DNA from: Chitinophagales bacterium
GTDB taxonomy: Bacteria; Bacteroidota; Bacteroidia; Chitinophagales; Chitinophagaceae
Assembly: GCA_031376295.1 (NCBI GenBank)
Contig: JANMDL010000216.1
Location: 1 to 48,481, forward strand
Direction: 5' to 3'
DNA: 48,481 bases
Within the stretch, counting starts at the first letter, position 1. Each line of letters opens with the position of its first letter. The notes beneath the pieces were generated by a model that worked only from the letters and a program-made list of their open reading frames with translations, was not told where the DNA came from and did no database searches. This document shows, one piece after another, positions 20,054 to 29,227 of the stretch. The position numbers were made by a program, and so were the translations under genes.

Positions 20054-20410
20054 ATGCACCAGTCAACCATAAAAATTGATGTTTTATTAGACCCCGATAA
20101 AGTGCCGCAGCAGATAAACTGGACGGCATCTGACAGCACGGCTGATATGGCGCAAAAAGCCAAAGCCATGTGTATTGCCTTTTGGGATGGCGCCGACAGG
20201 AGTGCCATGCGTATTGATCTTTGGACAAAGGACATGATGGTAGATGAAATGGCCGAGTTTTATTACCAGATGATGATGACCATGGCCGATACATTTAAAA
20301 GAGCCACACAACAGGAGGAACTTACCGGCGACATGAAGAAATTTGCCAAAGAGTTTTACGATAAATTCAGGGCCATACAGTTGAAGGATGAGGAGAGCAG
20401 GCAGGCCTGA
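20054..20410 (+). CDS. gldC: Gliding motility protein GldC
   Basis: 'I.IDV.LD..KVP..I.W.A.D', 'AMRIDLWTKDM.VDEM..FY.Q...MADTF.RAT'. Confidence 0.9.
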   Translation: MHQSTIKIDVLLDPDKVPQQINWTASDSTADMAQKAKAMCIAFWDGADRSAMRIDLWTKDMMVDEMAEFYYQMMMTMADTFKRATQQEELTGDMKKFAKEFYDKFRAIQLKDEESRQA

Positions 20411-20497
20411 GCAAAAAAATTATCCATGGCATAAGTGCTGGATGCGATACCGCATGCAGCAGGGTACAACATTGGTTTATTAAATAAATTTACATAT

Positions 20498-20950
20498 ATG
20501 GGTTTAGAGCAAAACATAATGGCCGACATGAAGGATGCCATGAAAGCCAAAAACGAAGCTGCACTGCGAAGCTTGAGAGCTGTAAAAGCAGCCATCATTA
20601 TTGCTAAAACGGCCGAAGGTGCCAATGGTGAGCTGAAGGAAGAAGATGAAGTAAAACTGCTGCAGAAATTAGTAAAGCAGCGGAAAGACTCATTAGAGAT
20701 TTTTGAGAAACAAAACCGCCCCGATCTTGCTGAAAAAGAAAAGGAAGAAATAGCGGTGATTGAAAAATTTTTGCCAAAGCAGATGAGTGCAGAAGAACTG
20801 CGTGAAGCCATTACGGCCATTATTAAAGAAACAGGAGCCAGCTCGGCAGCCGATATGGGCAAAGTAATGGGAGCCGCCAGTAAGCAGCTTGCGGGTAAGG
20901 CAGATGGCAAAACCATCAGCGGTATTGTAAAGGAACTTTTAACGGCTTAG
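20498..20950 (+). CDS. GatB/YqeY domain protein
   Basis: 'DMK.AMKAK...L..LR.VK', 'KQRKDS...F....R.DL', 'DMGKVMG...KADG'. Confidence 0.92.
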   Translation: MGLEQNIMADMKDAMKAKNEAALRSLRAVKAAIIIAKTAEGANGELKEEDEVKLLQKLVKQRKDSLEIFEKQNRPDLAEKEKEEIAVIEKFLPKQMSAEELREAITAIIKETGASSAADMGKVMGAASKQLAGKADGKTISGIVKELLTA

Positions 20951-21124
20951 ATGGAGTATGGGGAATGATAGTAAATTAGCAGAAACCTGCTACTTATCAT
21001 TCATCATTCAAAATTCCCAATTCCACCTTGTTCATGCTCAATTCGCAATTTTAACAGGTTCAAAATCCAGTATAAAGCTACCCTCATTTTTAATTCTCAA
21101 TTTTTAATTCTTAATTGCTGCAGC

Positions 21125-21664
21125 ATGCTTATTGATATAATATTTGCCATCATCATTGTAATAGCCTGTATAAAAGGCTTTCAAAAAGGGCTTATTATAG
21201 CCGTTTTCTCGGTGCTTGCATTTGTAATAGGGCTGGCGGCTGCACTCAAGCTATCGGCTGTGGTGGCCAATTATCTGGATGGCAGCCTCAATGTTTCGGC
21301 AAAATGGTTGCCGGTTCTTTCTTTTGCCCTGGTATTTCTGGGAGTTGTTTTACTGGTGCGTATGGGCGCAAAGCTGGTAGAAAAAACCTTTCAACTGGCA
21401 TTGCTTGGCTGGGTAAACCGGGTTGGAGGTATTGTACTGTATGCGGCATTGTACATTGTTATTTTCAGTGTATTTTTATTTTATGCCGAAAAAATAAAAT
21501 TAGTTGACCCCGAAGTGATAAAAGCATCGGCTACTTATAGTTTTGTACAGCCCTGGGGACCCGCAGTTATTGATAATTTCGGAAAAATAATTCCCGTATT
21601 CAAAGATACATTTGCCGACCTTGAAAAGTTTTTTGGCAGTATTGGTGGAGAAACCCCAAAGTAA
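21125..21664 (+). CDS. CvpA (colicin V production) family membrane protein
   Basis: 'ID......GF.KGLI', 'LG..NR.GG' and TM pattern. Confidence 0.88.
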   Translation: MLIDIIFAIIIVIACIKGFQKGLIIAVFSVLAFVIGLAAALKLSAVVANYLDGSLNVSAKWLPVLSFALVFLGVVLLVRMGAKLVEKTFQLALLGWVNRVGGIVLYAALYIVIFSVFLFYAEKIKLVDPEVIKASATYSFVQPWGPAVIDNFGKIIPVFKDTFADLEKFFGSIGGETPK

Positions 21665-21884
21665 TACCGATGAGGCATTAAAAATGATCCTTTCCCTGAG
21701 CTGAAACTGAGCGCCGGCCGGTATTATACCAGAATAATGCTTGTATAAATTAGAAAGCTTAACGGTATAACATTACGCAATTGTTAGTTTTAGCCAGTTA
21801 TTTGCCGTAATTTTAAACAAATCATTTATTTTCGTGGCAAGGGCATACAATACGGTCCTCGCAGATTAAGTAACAAACTGACTG

Positions 21885-22661
21885 ATGGAGTACGAAGTTA
21901 AGCAAGACGGCAAATTTAAGTTTATTGAAGTTGGGGAGGGCGAACCGCTTGTGCTGCTGCATGGGTTATTTGGTGCACTGAGCAATTTTATGGATTTGAT
22001 TGAGCATTTCCGCAAGCAATACCTGGTAGTGGTACCAATGCTTCCTCTTTTTGAACTGGATCTGCTGCATACATCCGTTGGCGGGTTGCAAAAATTTGTA
22101 TATAAATTTATTGAAGCAAGAAATTACAACAATATACACCTGCTGGGCAATTCCCTGGGTGGTCATGTAGCACTTGTGTACATTCTCAAGCATCCTGAAA
22201 GAATAAAAACGCTTACCCTTACCGGCAGCAGCGGACTTTTTGAAAACGGAATGGGCGATACTTATCCCAAAAGGGGAGATAGGGAATATATCCGCAAAAA
22301 AACAGAACTTACCTTTTTTGATCCGGCAATGGCCACAGAAGAACTGGTAAATGAAGTATTTGAAATTACCAATAACCGGCTTAAAGTGATAAAAATCATT
22401 GCACTGGCCAAAAGTGCCATCCGCAATAACCTGGGGGAGGAGCTGAACCAGATAAAGCAACCCACCTGCCTTATTTGGGGTAACAACGATACCATTACAC
22501 CGCCCTTTGTTGGAAAAGAGTTTAACCGGTTAATCCCCGGCAGTGAGTTATATTTTGTTGATAAATGCGGCCATGCACCCATGATGGAAGTTCCGGACGA
22601 ATTTAACAGAATATTAGGGCAGTTTCTGGCCAAACATACCGCAGTTGCTGCAACAGTTTAA
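21885..22661 (+). CDS. Alpha/beta hydrolase
   Basis: 'LLHGLFG', nucleophile elbow 'GNSLGG', 'CGHAPM'. Confidence 0.92.
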   Translation: MEYEVKQDGKFKFIEVGEGEPLVLLHGLFGALSNFMDLIEHFRKQYLVVVPMLPLFELDLLHTSVGGLQKFVYKFIEARNYNNIHLLGNSLGGHVALVYILKHPERIKTLTLTGSSGLFENGMGDTYPKRGDREYIRKKTELTFFDPAMATEELVNEVFEITNNRLKVIKIIALAKSAIRNNLGEELNQIKQPTCLIWGNNDTITPPFVGKEFNRLIPGSELYFVDKCGHAPMMEVPDEFNRILGQFLAKHTAVAATV

Positions 22662-22725
22662 TCACTTTTTGTGTCTTATACATAAACCGGCCGGAAACCC
22701 CGGCAGTTAAAGCGGTAAAAGAACA

Positions 22726-23388
22726 ATGTTAACGGTAGAATTAATCAATCAGAATATTCCCCGCCTGCACCTGCAGGATACGGTAGGTAAAGCATTGCAA
22801 CTAATTAGCGATTATAAGCTTACGCACCTGCCTGTGGTGGCCGATGATAAGTTACTCGGCTTGCTGAGTGAGGAGGATTTGCTGGATGCAGAAGATGATA
22901 AAATACCGGTAGAATTGCTGCAGGAAAATTTTATCAATGCTTATACAGCAGATAATGTGCATTTTTTAACCGCGGTAAACGTGGCCACCCAGTTTGAAAC
23001 CTCTGTGGTACCCGTGGTGGCCGAAGACAGGGAGCTGCTGGGGGTAATAACCACCACCGACCTGCTGAAAGCGATGGGTAATTTTGCCGGAGCCAACGAA
23101 ATTGGTGGAATCATTATGCTGGAAATGGAACGCAGCCAGTTTGCCATTTCAGAAATAAGCCGCCTGGTAGAAAGTAATGACGCCAATATATTGCACCTCA
23201 ATACAATGGTACACCCCGAAACAGGGCTCCTCACCGTAACACTGCATCTCAACAAAAAGGAAATTGCAGCTATAATAGCCACTTTTGAGCGCTACGATTA
23301 CGATGTGATTTACTTTTTTGGCGACGAAAACTTTGAGAATGAGATACACAGCAATTACAGGCATCTTATGACATATCTCGACATTTAA
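22726..23388 (+). CDS. CBS domain protein
   Basis: Tandem CBS motifs 'HLPVV...LLGLLSE.DL', 'VPVV....LLGVIT..DLL'; conserved near nadK in Bacteroidota. Confidence 0.88.
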   Translation: MLTVELINQNIPRLHLQDTVGKALQLISDYKLTHLPVVADDKLLGLLSEEDLLDAEDDKIPVELLQENFINAYTADNVHFLTAVNVATQFETSVVPVVAEDRELLGVITTTDLLKAMGNFAGANEIGGIIMLEMERSQFAISEISRLVESNDANILHLNTMVHPETGLLTVTLHLNKKEIAAIIATFERYDYDVIYFFGDENFENEIHSNYRHLMTYLDI

Positions 23389-23453
23389 GTACTGCAATGG
23401 CTTTTTGCAGCATATCCCATACATTTACAAATCTGCCGCAAAGCCATGTACTG

Positions 23454-24896
23454 ATGATGATTTTCAGAAAAATAGTTTTTCATTTACTGTTGATTTTCCC
23501 TGCGGCAGCTATGGCGCAGGAAATGCCACCCGGCGTATTGCCTCCATCCTCAGCTAAATTGTATGTAAAAAATATTACAGTAAAGGGAAATAAAAAAACA
23601 AGGGACTACGTCATCCTCAGAGAGATTCAGTTTAGTGCAGGTGATTCTCTTTTAACTTCATCATTAACAGCTGTGCTGGAACGGGCAAGGCAGCAGATAT
23701 ACAATACCACCCTTTTTACCGATGTAAAAGTTGCCGCAAATGTACTGTCTGCTTACGATATAAGTATTGAGGTGGAAGTAAAAGAGCGCTGGTACATCTT
23801 TCCGGTACCCCAGTTTAAGTTTGCCGACAGAAACATCAATGAGTGGATAAAAACATACAATGCCGACCTGAACAGGGTTAACTATGGTATTAAGTTTGTT
23901 CACTACAACCTTAGTGGCAGGCGGGATCAATTGCGCATCTACCTGCTTAATGGCTTTAGCCGGGATATATCTTTTTCTTATACCTCACCTGGTACCAACC
24001 CTGCATTAACCGAAGGGTTTACAGTCAGCGGTGGTTATTCACGAAACAGGCAGATAGCTTACACTACTTCTTACGATAATGTGCTGCAGTTTTTTACAAC
24101 CCGTAAAACAGACAGCAGCAAAACAAACCTGGGTGATTTTGTACGCAGCAACTGGTATTTTAATGCCGGGTATATTATGCGCCGCGGCATTCTAAACAGG
24201 CATATCTTTTCATTGGGTTATTCGCATTATACCGTCAGTGATTCAATTGTGCGGCAGGGCTACAATCCAAATTACTTCAGGAATGGAGCCACAACTGCGG
24301 GCTACGTTGAGTTTACCTATTCGCTGCTGCATACTGATGTTGACAATGCCCTTTACCCGCTTAAGGGCAACCGGTTCAGCCTTGCTGCGCAAAAACGGGG
24401 GGTTGGCTTTACCGGCGGACTAAACATGCTTTCGCTGGAGGGTGTATACAATAAACTGTGGCAGCTTGGCGGCAACTGGTACACCGATATTTACCTCAGT
24501 GCAAAAATAAAATTCCCCTTCGATCAGCCATACATCAACCAGCGGGCCCTTGGTTTTGGCGAAGCTTATCTGCGTGGGCTGGAGTACCAGGTTATTGACG
24601 GCGCAGCTTTTGGTATGCTGCGCTCCACCCTTAAAAGAAAGCTGGTGGCCTTCAGCCTGCCCCTGCCCTTTAAATCTAAGCGGATCCCTTTCAGCATATT
24701 TGCTAAATCGTACGCCGATGTTGGGTATGCTTATACTAAAAAGAAATATGATACATACCTGAACAACCGGTTATTGTACACAGGTGGTTTTGGTATCGAT
24801 ATCGTTACTTTTTATGATTTAACCCTGCGTTTTGAATATAGCTTTAACCAGTTAGGCCAAAAGGGGTTATTTTTACACACGCAGGGCGGGTTTTAA
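23454..24896 (+). CDS. POTRA domain / BamA-TamA-like outer-membrane protein
   Basis: 'I.V.GNKKTR..VILRE', 'V.VKERWY..P', 'YLRG.EY.V', C-terminal F. Confidence 0.8.
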   Translation: MMIFRKIVFHLLLIFPAAAMAQEMPPGVLPPSSAKLYVKNITVKGNKKTRDYVILREIQFSAGDSLLTSSLTAVLERARQQIYNTTLFTDVKVAANVLSAYDISIEVEVKERWYIFPVPQFKFADRNINEWIKTYNADLNRVNYGIKFVHYNLSGRRDQLRIYLLNGFSRDISFSYTSPGTNPALTEGFTVSGGYSRNRQIAYTTSYDNVLQFFTTRKTDSSKTNLGDFVRSNWYFNAGYIMRRGILNRHIFSLGYSHYTVSDSIVRQGYNPNYFRNGATTAGYVEFTYSLLHTDVDNALYPLKGNRFSLAAQKRGVGFTGGLNMLSLEGVYNKLWQLGGNWYTDIYLSAKIKFPFDQPYINQRALGFGEAYLRGLEYQVIDGAAFGMLRSTLKRKLVAFSLPLPFKSKRIPFSIFAKSYADVGYAYTKKKYDTYLNNRLLYTGGFGIDIVTFYDLTLRFEYSFNQLGQKGLFLHTQGGF

Positions 24897-24931
24897 CAAA
24901 ACCATTTTGCGGCCTGTTAAATAAAATTATT

Positions 24932-25810
24932 ATGCGCATTGCCATATACAGCCGGGGTATTGAAAATAACCAGCACCAGGATATTAAGCTGCTGCTGGAA
25001 GAGCTTTCCAGGCATAATATTGAACCGGTATTTTTCCAGGACTTTTTTAACCAGTTTTATTCTGCGGTTGACCTTAACGCCGGTTACAGCACTTTTAACT
25101 CTTACGAAGATATTGATGATACCATTGATTGTATGATAAGCCTCGGTGGTGATGGTACGCTGCTGGATACGGTTACACTGGTAAGGGATAAGGGTACGCC
25201 TGTGCTGGGTATCAATTATGGCAGGCTGGGTTTTTTGGCAAGTATCGGCAGGGAAGATTTGAAAACGGCTGTAGCGGCCCTGGCCACACGTACTTATGTG
25301 CCCGACGAAAGAACGCTGATACACCTGGATGCAAATATTCCCCTGTTTGGCGAAGTGCCTTATGCTTTAAATGAATTTACACTGCATAAAAAAGACACTT
25401 CCTCCATGATAAAAATACACACATATCTTAACGGGGAATTTTTAAATACTTACTGGGCCGATGGGTTGATTGTAGCCACACCAACCGGCTCCACGGGTTA
25501 CTCCCTCAGTTGCAATGGCCCGGTTGTTTTTCCTGATAGCGGTAGTTTTGTTATTACACCAGTAGCGCCGCACAACCTTAATATAAGGCCCATAGTGGTG
25601 CCCGATGACAATATTATTTCGTTTGAAGTGGAGGGAAGAACAGATGGCTTTCTATGTTCGCTTGACAGCAGGCGGGAAGCAGTGGCAAAAGAGGTACAGC
25701 TTGCAGTAAAGAAAGAAGCATTCTGCATCAACCTGATACGCCTCAATGAAAATAATTTTTTGCAAACCCTGCGTAATAAATTGTCGTGGGGGCTGGATAA
25801 AAGAAATTAG
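24932..25810 (+). CDS. nadK: NAD kinase
   Basis: 'GGDGT', 'GIN.GRLGFL', 'ALNE', 'DGLIVATPTGSTGYSLS'. Confidence 0.95.
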   Translation: MRIAIYSRGIENNQHQDIKLLLEELSRHNIEPVFFQDFFNQFYSAVDLNAGYSTFNSYEDIDDTIDCMISLGGDGTLLDTVTLVRDKGTPVLGINYGRLGFLASIGREDLKTAVAALATRTYVPDERTLIHLDANIPLFGEVPYALNEFTLHKKDTSSMIKIHTYLNGEFLNTYWADGLIVATPTGSTGYSLSCNGPVVFPDSGSFVITPVAPHNLNIRPIVVPDDNIISFEVEGRTDGFLCSLDSRREAVAKEVQLAVKKEAFCINLIRLNENNFLQTLRNKLSWGLDKRN

Positions 25811-25811
25811 T

Positions 25812-25978
25812 AATGTGCAAATGTGATAATATGCCAATTGGGAAGTTTGCTGATTTAGTAAGTTTTAAGTGCTGGCATGTTTGTAATTAAATAAGTGAAA
25901 GTACCTTGGTAGTTAAATTTACCTGTTCAAAATGAAGGTGGCAATTTGCACATTTTCACATTTGCCAATTGGCACATT
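25812..25978. repeat. 8-mer repeats (AATGTGCA-type) with an inverted copy downstream
   Basis: aatgtgcaaatgtgataatatgccaattgg ... gcaatttgcacattttcacatttgccaattggcacatt. Confidence 0.65.
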
Positions 25979-25986
25979 AAAAAGTT

Positions 25987-26964
25987 ATGGCATTTTCGTT
26001 AAAATCAGGGCGGTTGAGGATGGTATTTGTGGTGTACTGGGTTTTGCTTGGTTATATGGTGGCAGCGCTGATATGGTGGTTTATTGCGCTGAACCGGCAG
26101 AATGTGCAGATGATGGATTATAAGGAGCAGCAACTGAAAAAAGATGATCCCGGTTACCTGTATAAAATTACTGCTATTGAGGATGAAGAAAAGCGTAAAA
26201 CGGCTCAGTATGCCGGCGAGGGAGCTATTTTTTTATTGCTGATACTGGGTGGAGCCGTGTTTGTGTACCGGGCAGTACGCAGGCAGTTGAGGCAGGGCCG
26301 GCAGCAGCAGAATTTTATGATGGCCATTACGCATGAACTTAAAACGCCCATCGCTGTGGCAAAGCTCAATCTTGAAACCCTGCAAAAGCGGAAACTGGAT
26401 GAGCAGCAGCAACAAAAACTGCTGCAGAATACCCTGCAGGAAACCAACCGGCTGAATGCGCTTTGCAATAACTTGCTGCTCTCCTCGCAGATGGAAGCTG
26501 GTGGCTACCGGTTGACGAACGAGGAACTCAACCTTACCGAACTGGTGAGCGAATGTGTGAATGATTTTACCGTTCGTTTTCCAATGAGGGAAGTTGTGAT
26601 AAAGGCTGCTGGTGATAATTTTGTGTATGGCGACAGGTTTCTGCTGCAGATGGCAGTGAACAATCTTATTGACAATGCGCTTAAGTACTCGCCGAAGGAA
26701 TGTGCAGTGGAAGTAACGGTGGAAGCAGATGAGAGATTTATTCTGCTGCAGGTGGCTGATGCCGGTAAGGGTATTGATGATGGTGAAAAACAAAAAGTGT
26801 TTGAAAGGTTTTACCGGATGGGCAATGCAGCTACCAAAACGGCAAAGGGTACCGGCCTTGGTTTGTATCTTACACAAAAAATTGTAAAGCAGCATAAGGC
26901 AGCAATAACAATCAGCGACAATAAACCGGCAGGTGCTGTGTTCAGCATCAGATTTATAAAATGA
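25987..26964 (+). CDS. Sensor histidine kinase (HisKA/HATPase)
   Basis: H-box 'ITHELKTP', N-box 'NLIDNALKYS', 'D.G.GI', 'FERFYR', 'GTGLGL'; 2 TM. Confidence 0.95.
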   Translation: MAFSLKSGRLRMVFVVYWVLLGYMVAALIWWFIALNRQNVQMMDYKEQQLKKDDPGYLYKITAIEDEEKRKTAQYAGEGAIFLLLILGGAVFVYRAVRRQLRQGRQQQNFMMAITHELKTPIAVAKLNLETLQKRKLDEQQQQKLLQNTLQETNRLNALCNNLLLSSQMEAGGYRLTNEELNLTELVSECVNDFTVRFPMREVVIKAAGDNFVYGDRFLLQMAVNNLIDNALKYSPKECAVEVTVEADERFILLQVADAGKGIDDGEKQKVFERFYRMGNAATKTAKGTGLGLYLTQKIVKQHKAAITISDNKPAGAVFSIRFIK

Positions 26965-27022
26965 GTTTGTATGAGTGTTGTTAATGGGCGTATTTCAAAT
27001 TGTCACACTTTTTTTTGTGTGC

Positions 27023-27097
27023 GGGCGGTGGGGACACCGCCCACGGCTTCCGCCCTGGCTGGTGTCCTCACCAGCCAGCGACAATTTGGAATGCACC
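27023..27097. repeat. REP-like inverted palindrome doublet (BIME/REPIN-like)
   Basis: GGGCGGTG-GGGA-CACCGCCC (27023-42) and CTGGCTGGTG-TCCT-CACCAGCCAG (27055-78), oppositely oriented. Confidence 0.75.
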
Positions 27098-27150
27098 CTT
27101 GTTAATTTAACTGAAATAAAGTACTTTGTTTTTACAAGCATCAAACAATT

Positions 27151-27861
27151 ATGGCAGATAAGATATTTTCGATATTACTGGTAGAAGATGAAGAGAATTT
27201 GCAGGAAGCATTAAAGCTGAACCTGGAGCTGGAAGGCTATTCGGTAAGCAGTGCTTATGATGGCATACAGGCGCTTAAAATGGTGGAGCAGGAATATTTT
27301 GACCTGCTTATTTTAGACGTGATGCTGCCGGAACTGGATGGCATCACTGTTTGCGAAACGGTAAAACTGAAAACACCAGATTTACCCATACTGATACTGA
27401 GTGCTAAAAACAGCAGTGCCGACAGGGTGCTTGGGCTTAAAAAGGGAGCTGATGATTATCTTACCAAACCTTTTAACCTGGAGGAGCTGTTATTGCGGGT
27501 TAACAAACTCATTAATAAAAGTGAAAGAATTGCCGCCCGCCAACCGCTTGCGGAAGTGTATACATTTGGCAATAACAGCATTGACTTTAAAGCGCAGGAA
27601 TGTGTATGCAGCAATGGCGATAAAATTGCACTCACCAAAAAAGAAATGCAGTTGCTGAAATTGCTGATAGAAAACAAAAACGAAGTGGTAACCCGGGAAA
27701 AAATTCTGCAGGTGGTATGGGGCTACAATGTATATCCCACCACAAGAACCATTGATAATTTCATCCTCAACTTCAGAAAGTATTTTGAAGCCGACAGCCG
27801 CAACCCGGTACATTTTCATTCGGTGAGGGGTATGGGGTATAAGTTTACGGAGAAGGGGTAA
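27151..27861 (+). CDS. OmpR/PhoB-family response regulator
   Basis: 'LLVEDE', 'LDVMLP..DG', 'GADDYLTKPF', winged helix 'RTIDNFI...SVRGMGYKF'. Confidence 0.95.
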   Translation: MADKIFSILLVEDEENLQEALKLNLELEGYSVSSAYDGIQALKMVEQEYFDLLILDVMLPELDGITVCETVKLKTPDLPILILSAKNSSADRVLGLKKGADDYLTKPFNLEELLLRVNKLINKSERIAARQPLAEVYTFGNNSIDFKAQECVCSNGDKIALTKKEMQLLKLLIENKNEVVTREKILQVVWGYNVYPTTRTIDNFILNFRKYFEADSRNPVHFHSVRGMGYKFTEKG

Positions 27862-27993
27862 GGGTGAATAAGGGTTCAAAGTTTTGAAGTTTAAAGTTGG
27901 AGCAGTGTATTCATTTCTGACCTGTTGCAAATACGAAAAATGCCACGCTCCTGTCTATGCCATTTAAAAAACAGTATATTTGAAATAAAAAAC

Positions 27994-28452
27994 ATGACAT
28001 CCAAAGCCACTACCCCCGACCAATATATTGCCGAACTGCCGGCAGACAGAAAAGAAGCTGTAACCGAACTGCGGAAGCAAATCAGTAAAAACCTGCCAAA
28101 AGGCTTTAGGGAAGAAATGAGTTACGGTATGCTGGGCTATGTGGTGCCGCATACATTGTACCCGGCCGGTTACCATTGCGACCCCAAGCTGCCCCTGCCT
28201 TTTATGAATGTGGCTTCGCAAAAAAACTTTATTGCAGTGTATCATATGGGCATATATGCCAAACCGGATTTATTAAATTGGTTCCAGGAGGAATTTCCTA
28301 AGCACAGCACCAAAAAATTAGACATGGGTAAGAGTTGCATGCGATTTAAAAAGCCGGAAGATATTCCCTTCAAACTCTTTGGCGAACTTGCCAAAAAAAT
28401 GACGGTTAAAGACTGGGTAAGTACTTACGAGAGCGCCTTTATTAAAAAGTAA
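27994..28452 (+). CDS. DUF1801 (YdhG-like) protein
   Basis: 'E.MSYGMLGY.VP...YP.GYHC', 'ASQKNFIA.YHMG', 'DMGKSC.RFK'; ATG 27994. Confidence 0.88.
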   Translation: MTSKATTPDQYIAELPADRKEAVTELRKQISKNLPKGFREEMSYGMLGYVVPHTLYPAGYHCDPKLPLPFMNVASQKNFIAVYHMGIYAKPDLLNWFQEEFPKHSTKKLDMGKSCMRFKKPEDIPFKLFGELAKKMTVKDWVSTYESAFIKK

Positions 28453-28455
28453 ATC

Positions 28456-29226
28456 TCACTTTTCATCGCCCAGCCAGTGCTTAAAATCTGCCGATCTTTC
28501 TGTACTCACAATGGTTTCATGCTTTGCCGGCGGATTAAGCTTTATCAATACCCTGCTTTTGCTGTAGCTCAGCATATCACCAATAGCATGTATGGCAATG
28601 ATGTACTGCCTGTTAATACGGAAAAAAACTTTCGGGTCAAGCATGCTGTCTAAGGCATCCAGGTTAAAATCAACCACAAACCTGCGCCCGTCCTTTGTAC
28701 ACAAAAAGTTTATTTTGTCCTCTGTATAAAAATAAACTACTTCTTCAATATTAATGGTTTTGATGTGCTCCCCGTATTTTACCACAAATCTTTTTTTGTA
28801 CTCCGGCCTCAGAGCAGGTTGCAGGGTTTGCAGCAGCTTATCAATATTGAGGGTGTTGCTGCCCGTGCCGCTAAGTTTCCTGAATTTTTTAAAGGCATAT
28901 TCAAGGTCTTCCTTTTTAATTGGTTTCAGCAGGTAATCAATGCTGTTTACTTTAAATGCTTCAATGGCATACTGGTCGTAAGCGGTGGTAAAAATTACCG
29001 GGCAGGTAATATCCATCTCCTTAAAAATTTCAAAACTCAGCCCGTCAGATAATTGTATGTCAGAAAAAACAAGGTCGGGCATGTGGTTGGATGCAAACCA
29101 GGCTATGCCCGATGCCACACTTACTATATTGTCAGGCATTACCGCATCAGGCTCAATTTCCAGTATCATTTTCTGCAGTCGCTTTGCTGCGGGATCCTCA
29201 TCTTCAATTAATAAAATACGAAGCAT
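28456..29226 (-). CDS. LytTR-family response regulator
   Basis: Receiver 'IEDE', 'DIQLSDG', 'FTTAYDQYA', 'DYLLKP'; LytTR 'FFRINRQYI'. Confidence 0.95.
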   Translation of the reverse strand: MLRILLIEDEDPAAKRLQKMILEIEPDAVMPDNIVSVASGIAWFASNHMPDLVFSDIQLSDGLSFEIFKEMDITCPVIFTTAYDQYAIEAFKVNSIDYLLKPIKKEDLEYAFKKFRKLSGTGSNTLNIDKLLQTLQPALRPEYKKRFVVKYGEHIKTINIEEVVYFYTEDKINFLCTKDGRRFVVDFNLDALDSMLDPKVFFRINRQYIIAIHAIGDMLSYSKSRVLIKLNPPAKHETIVSTERSADFKHWLGDEK

Positions 29227-29227
29227 A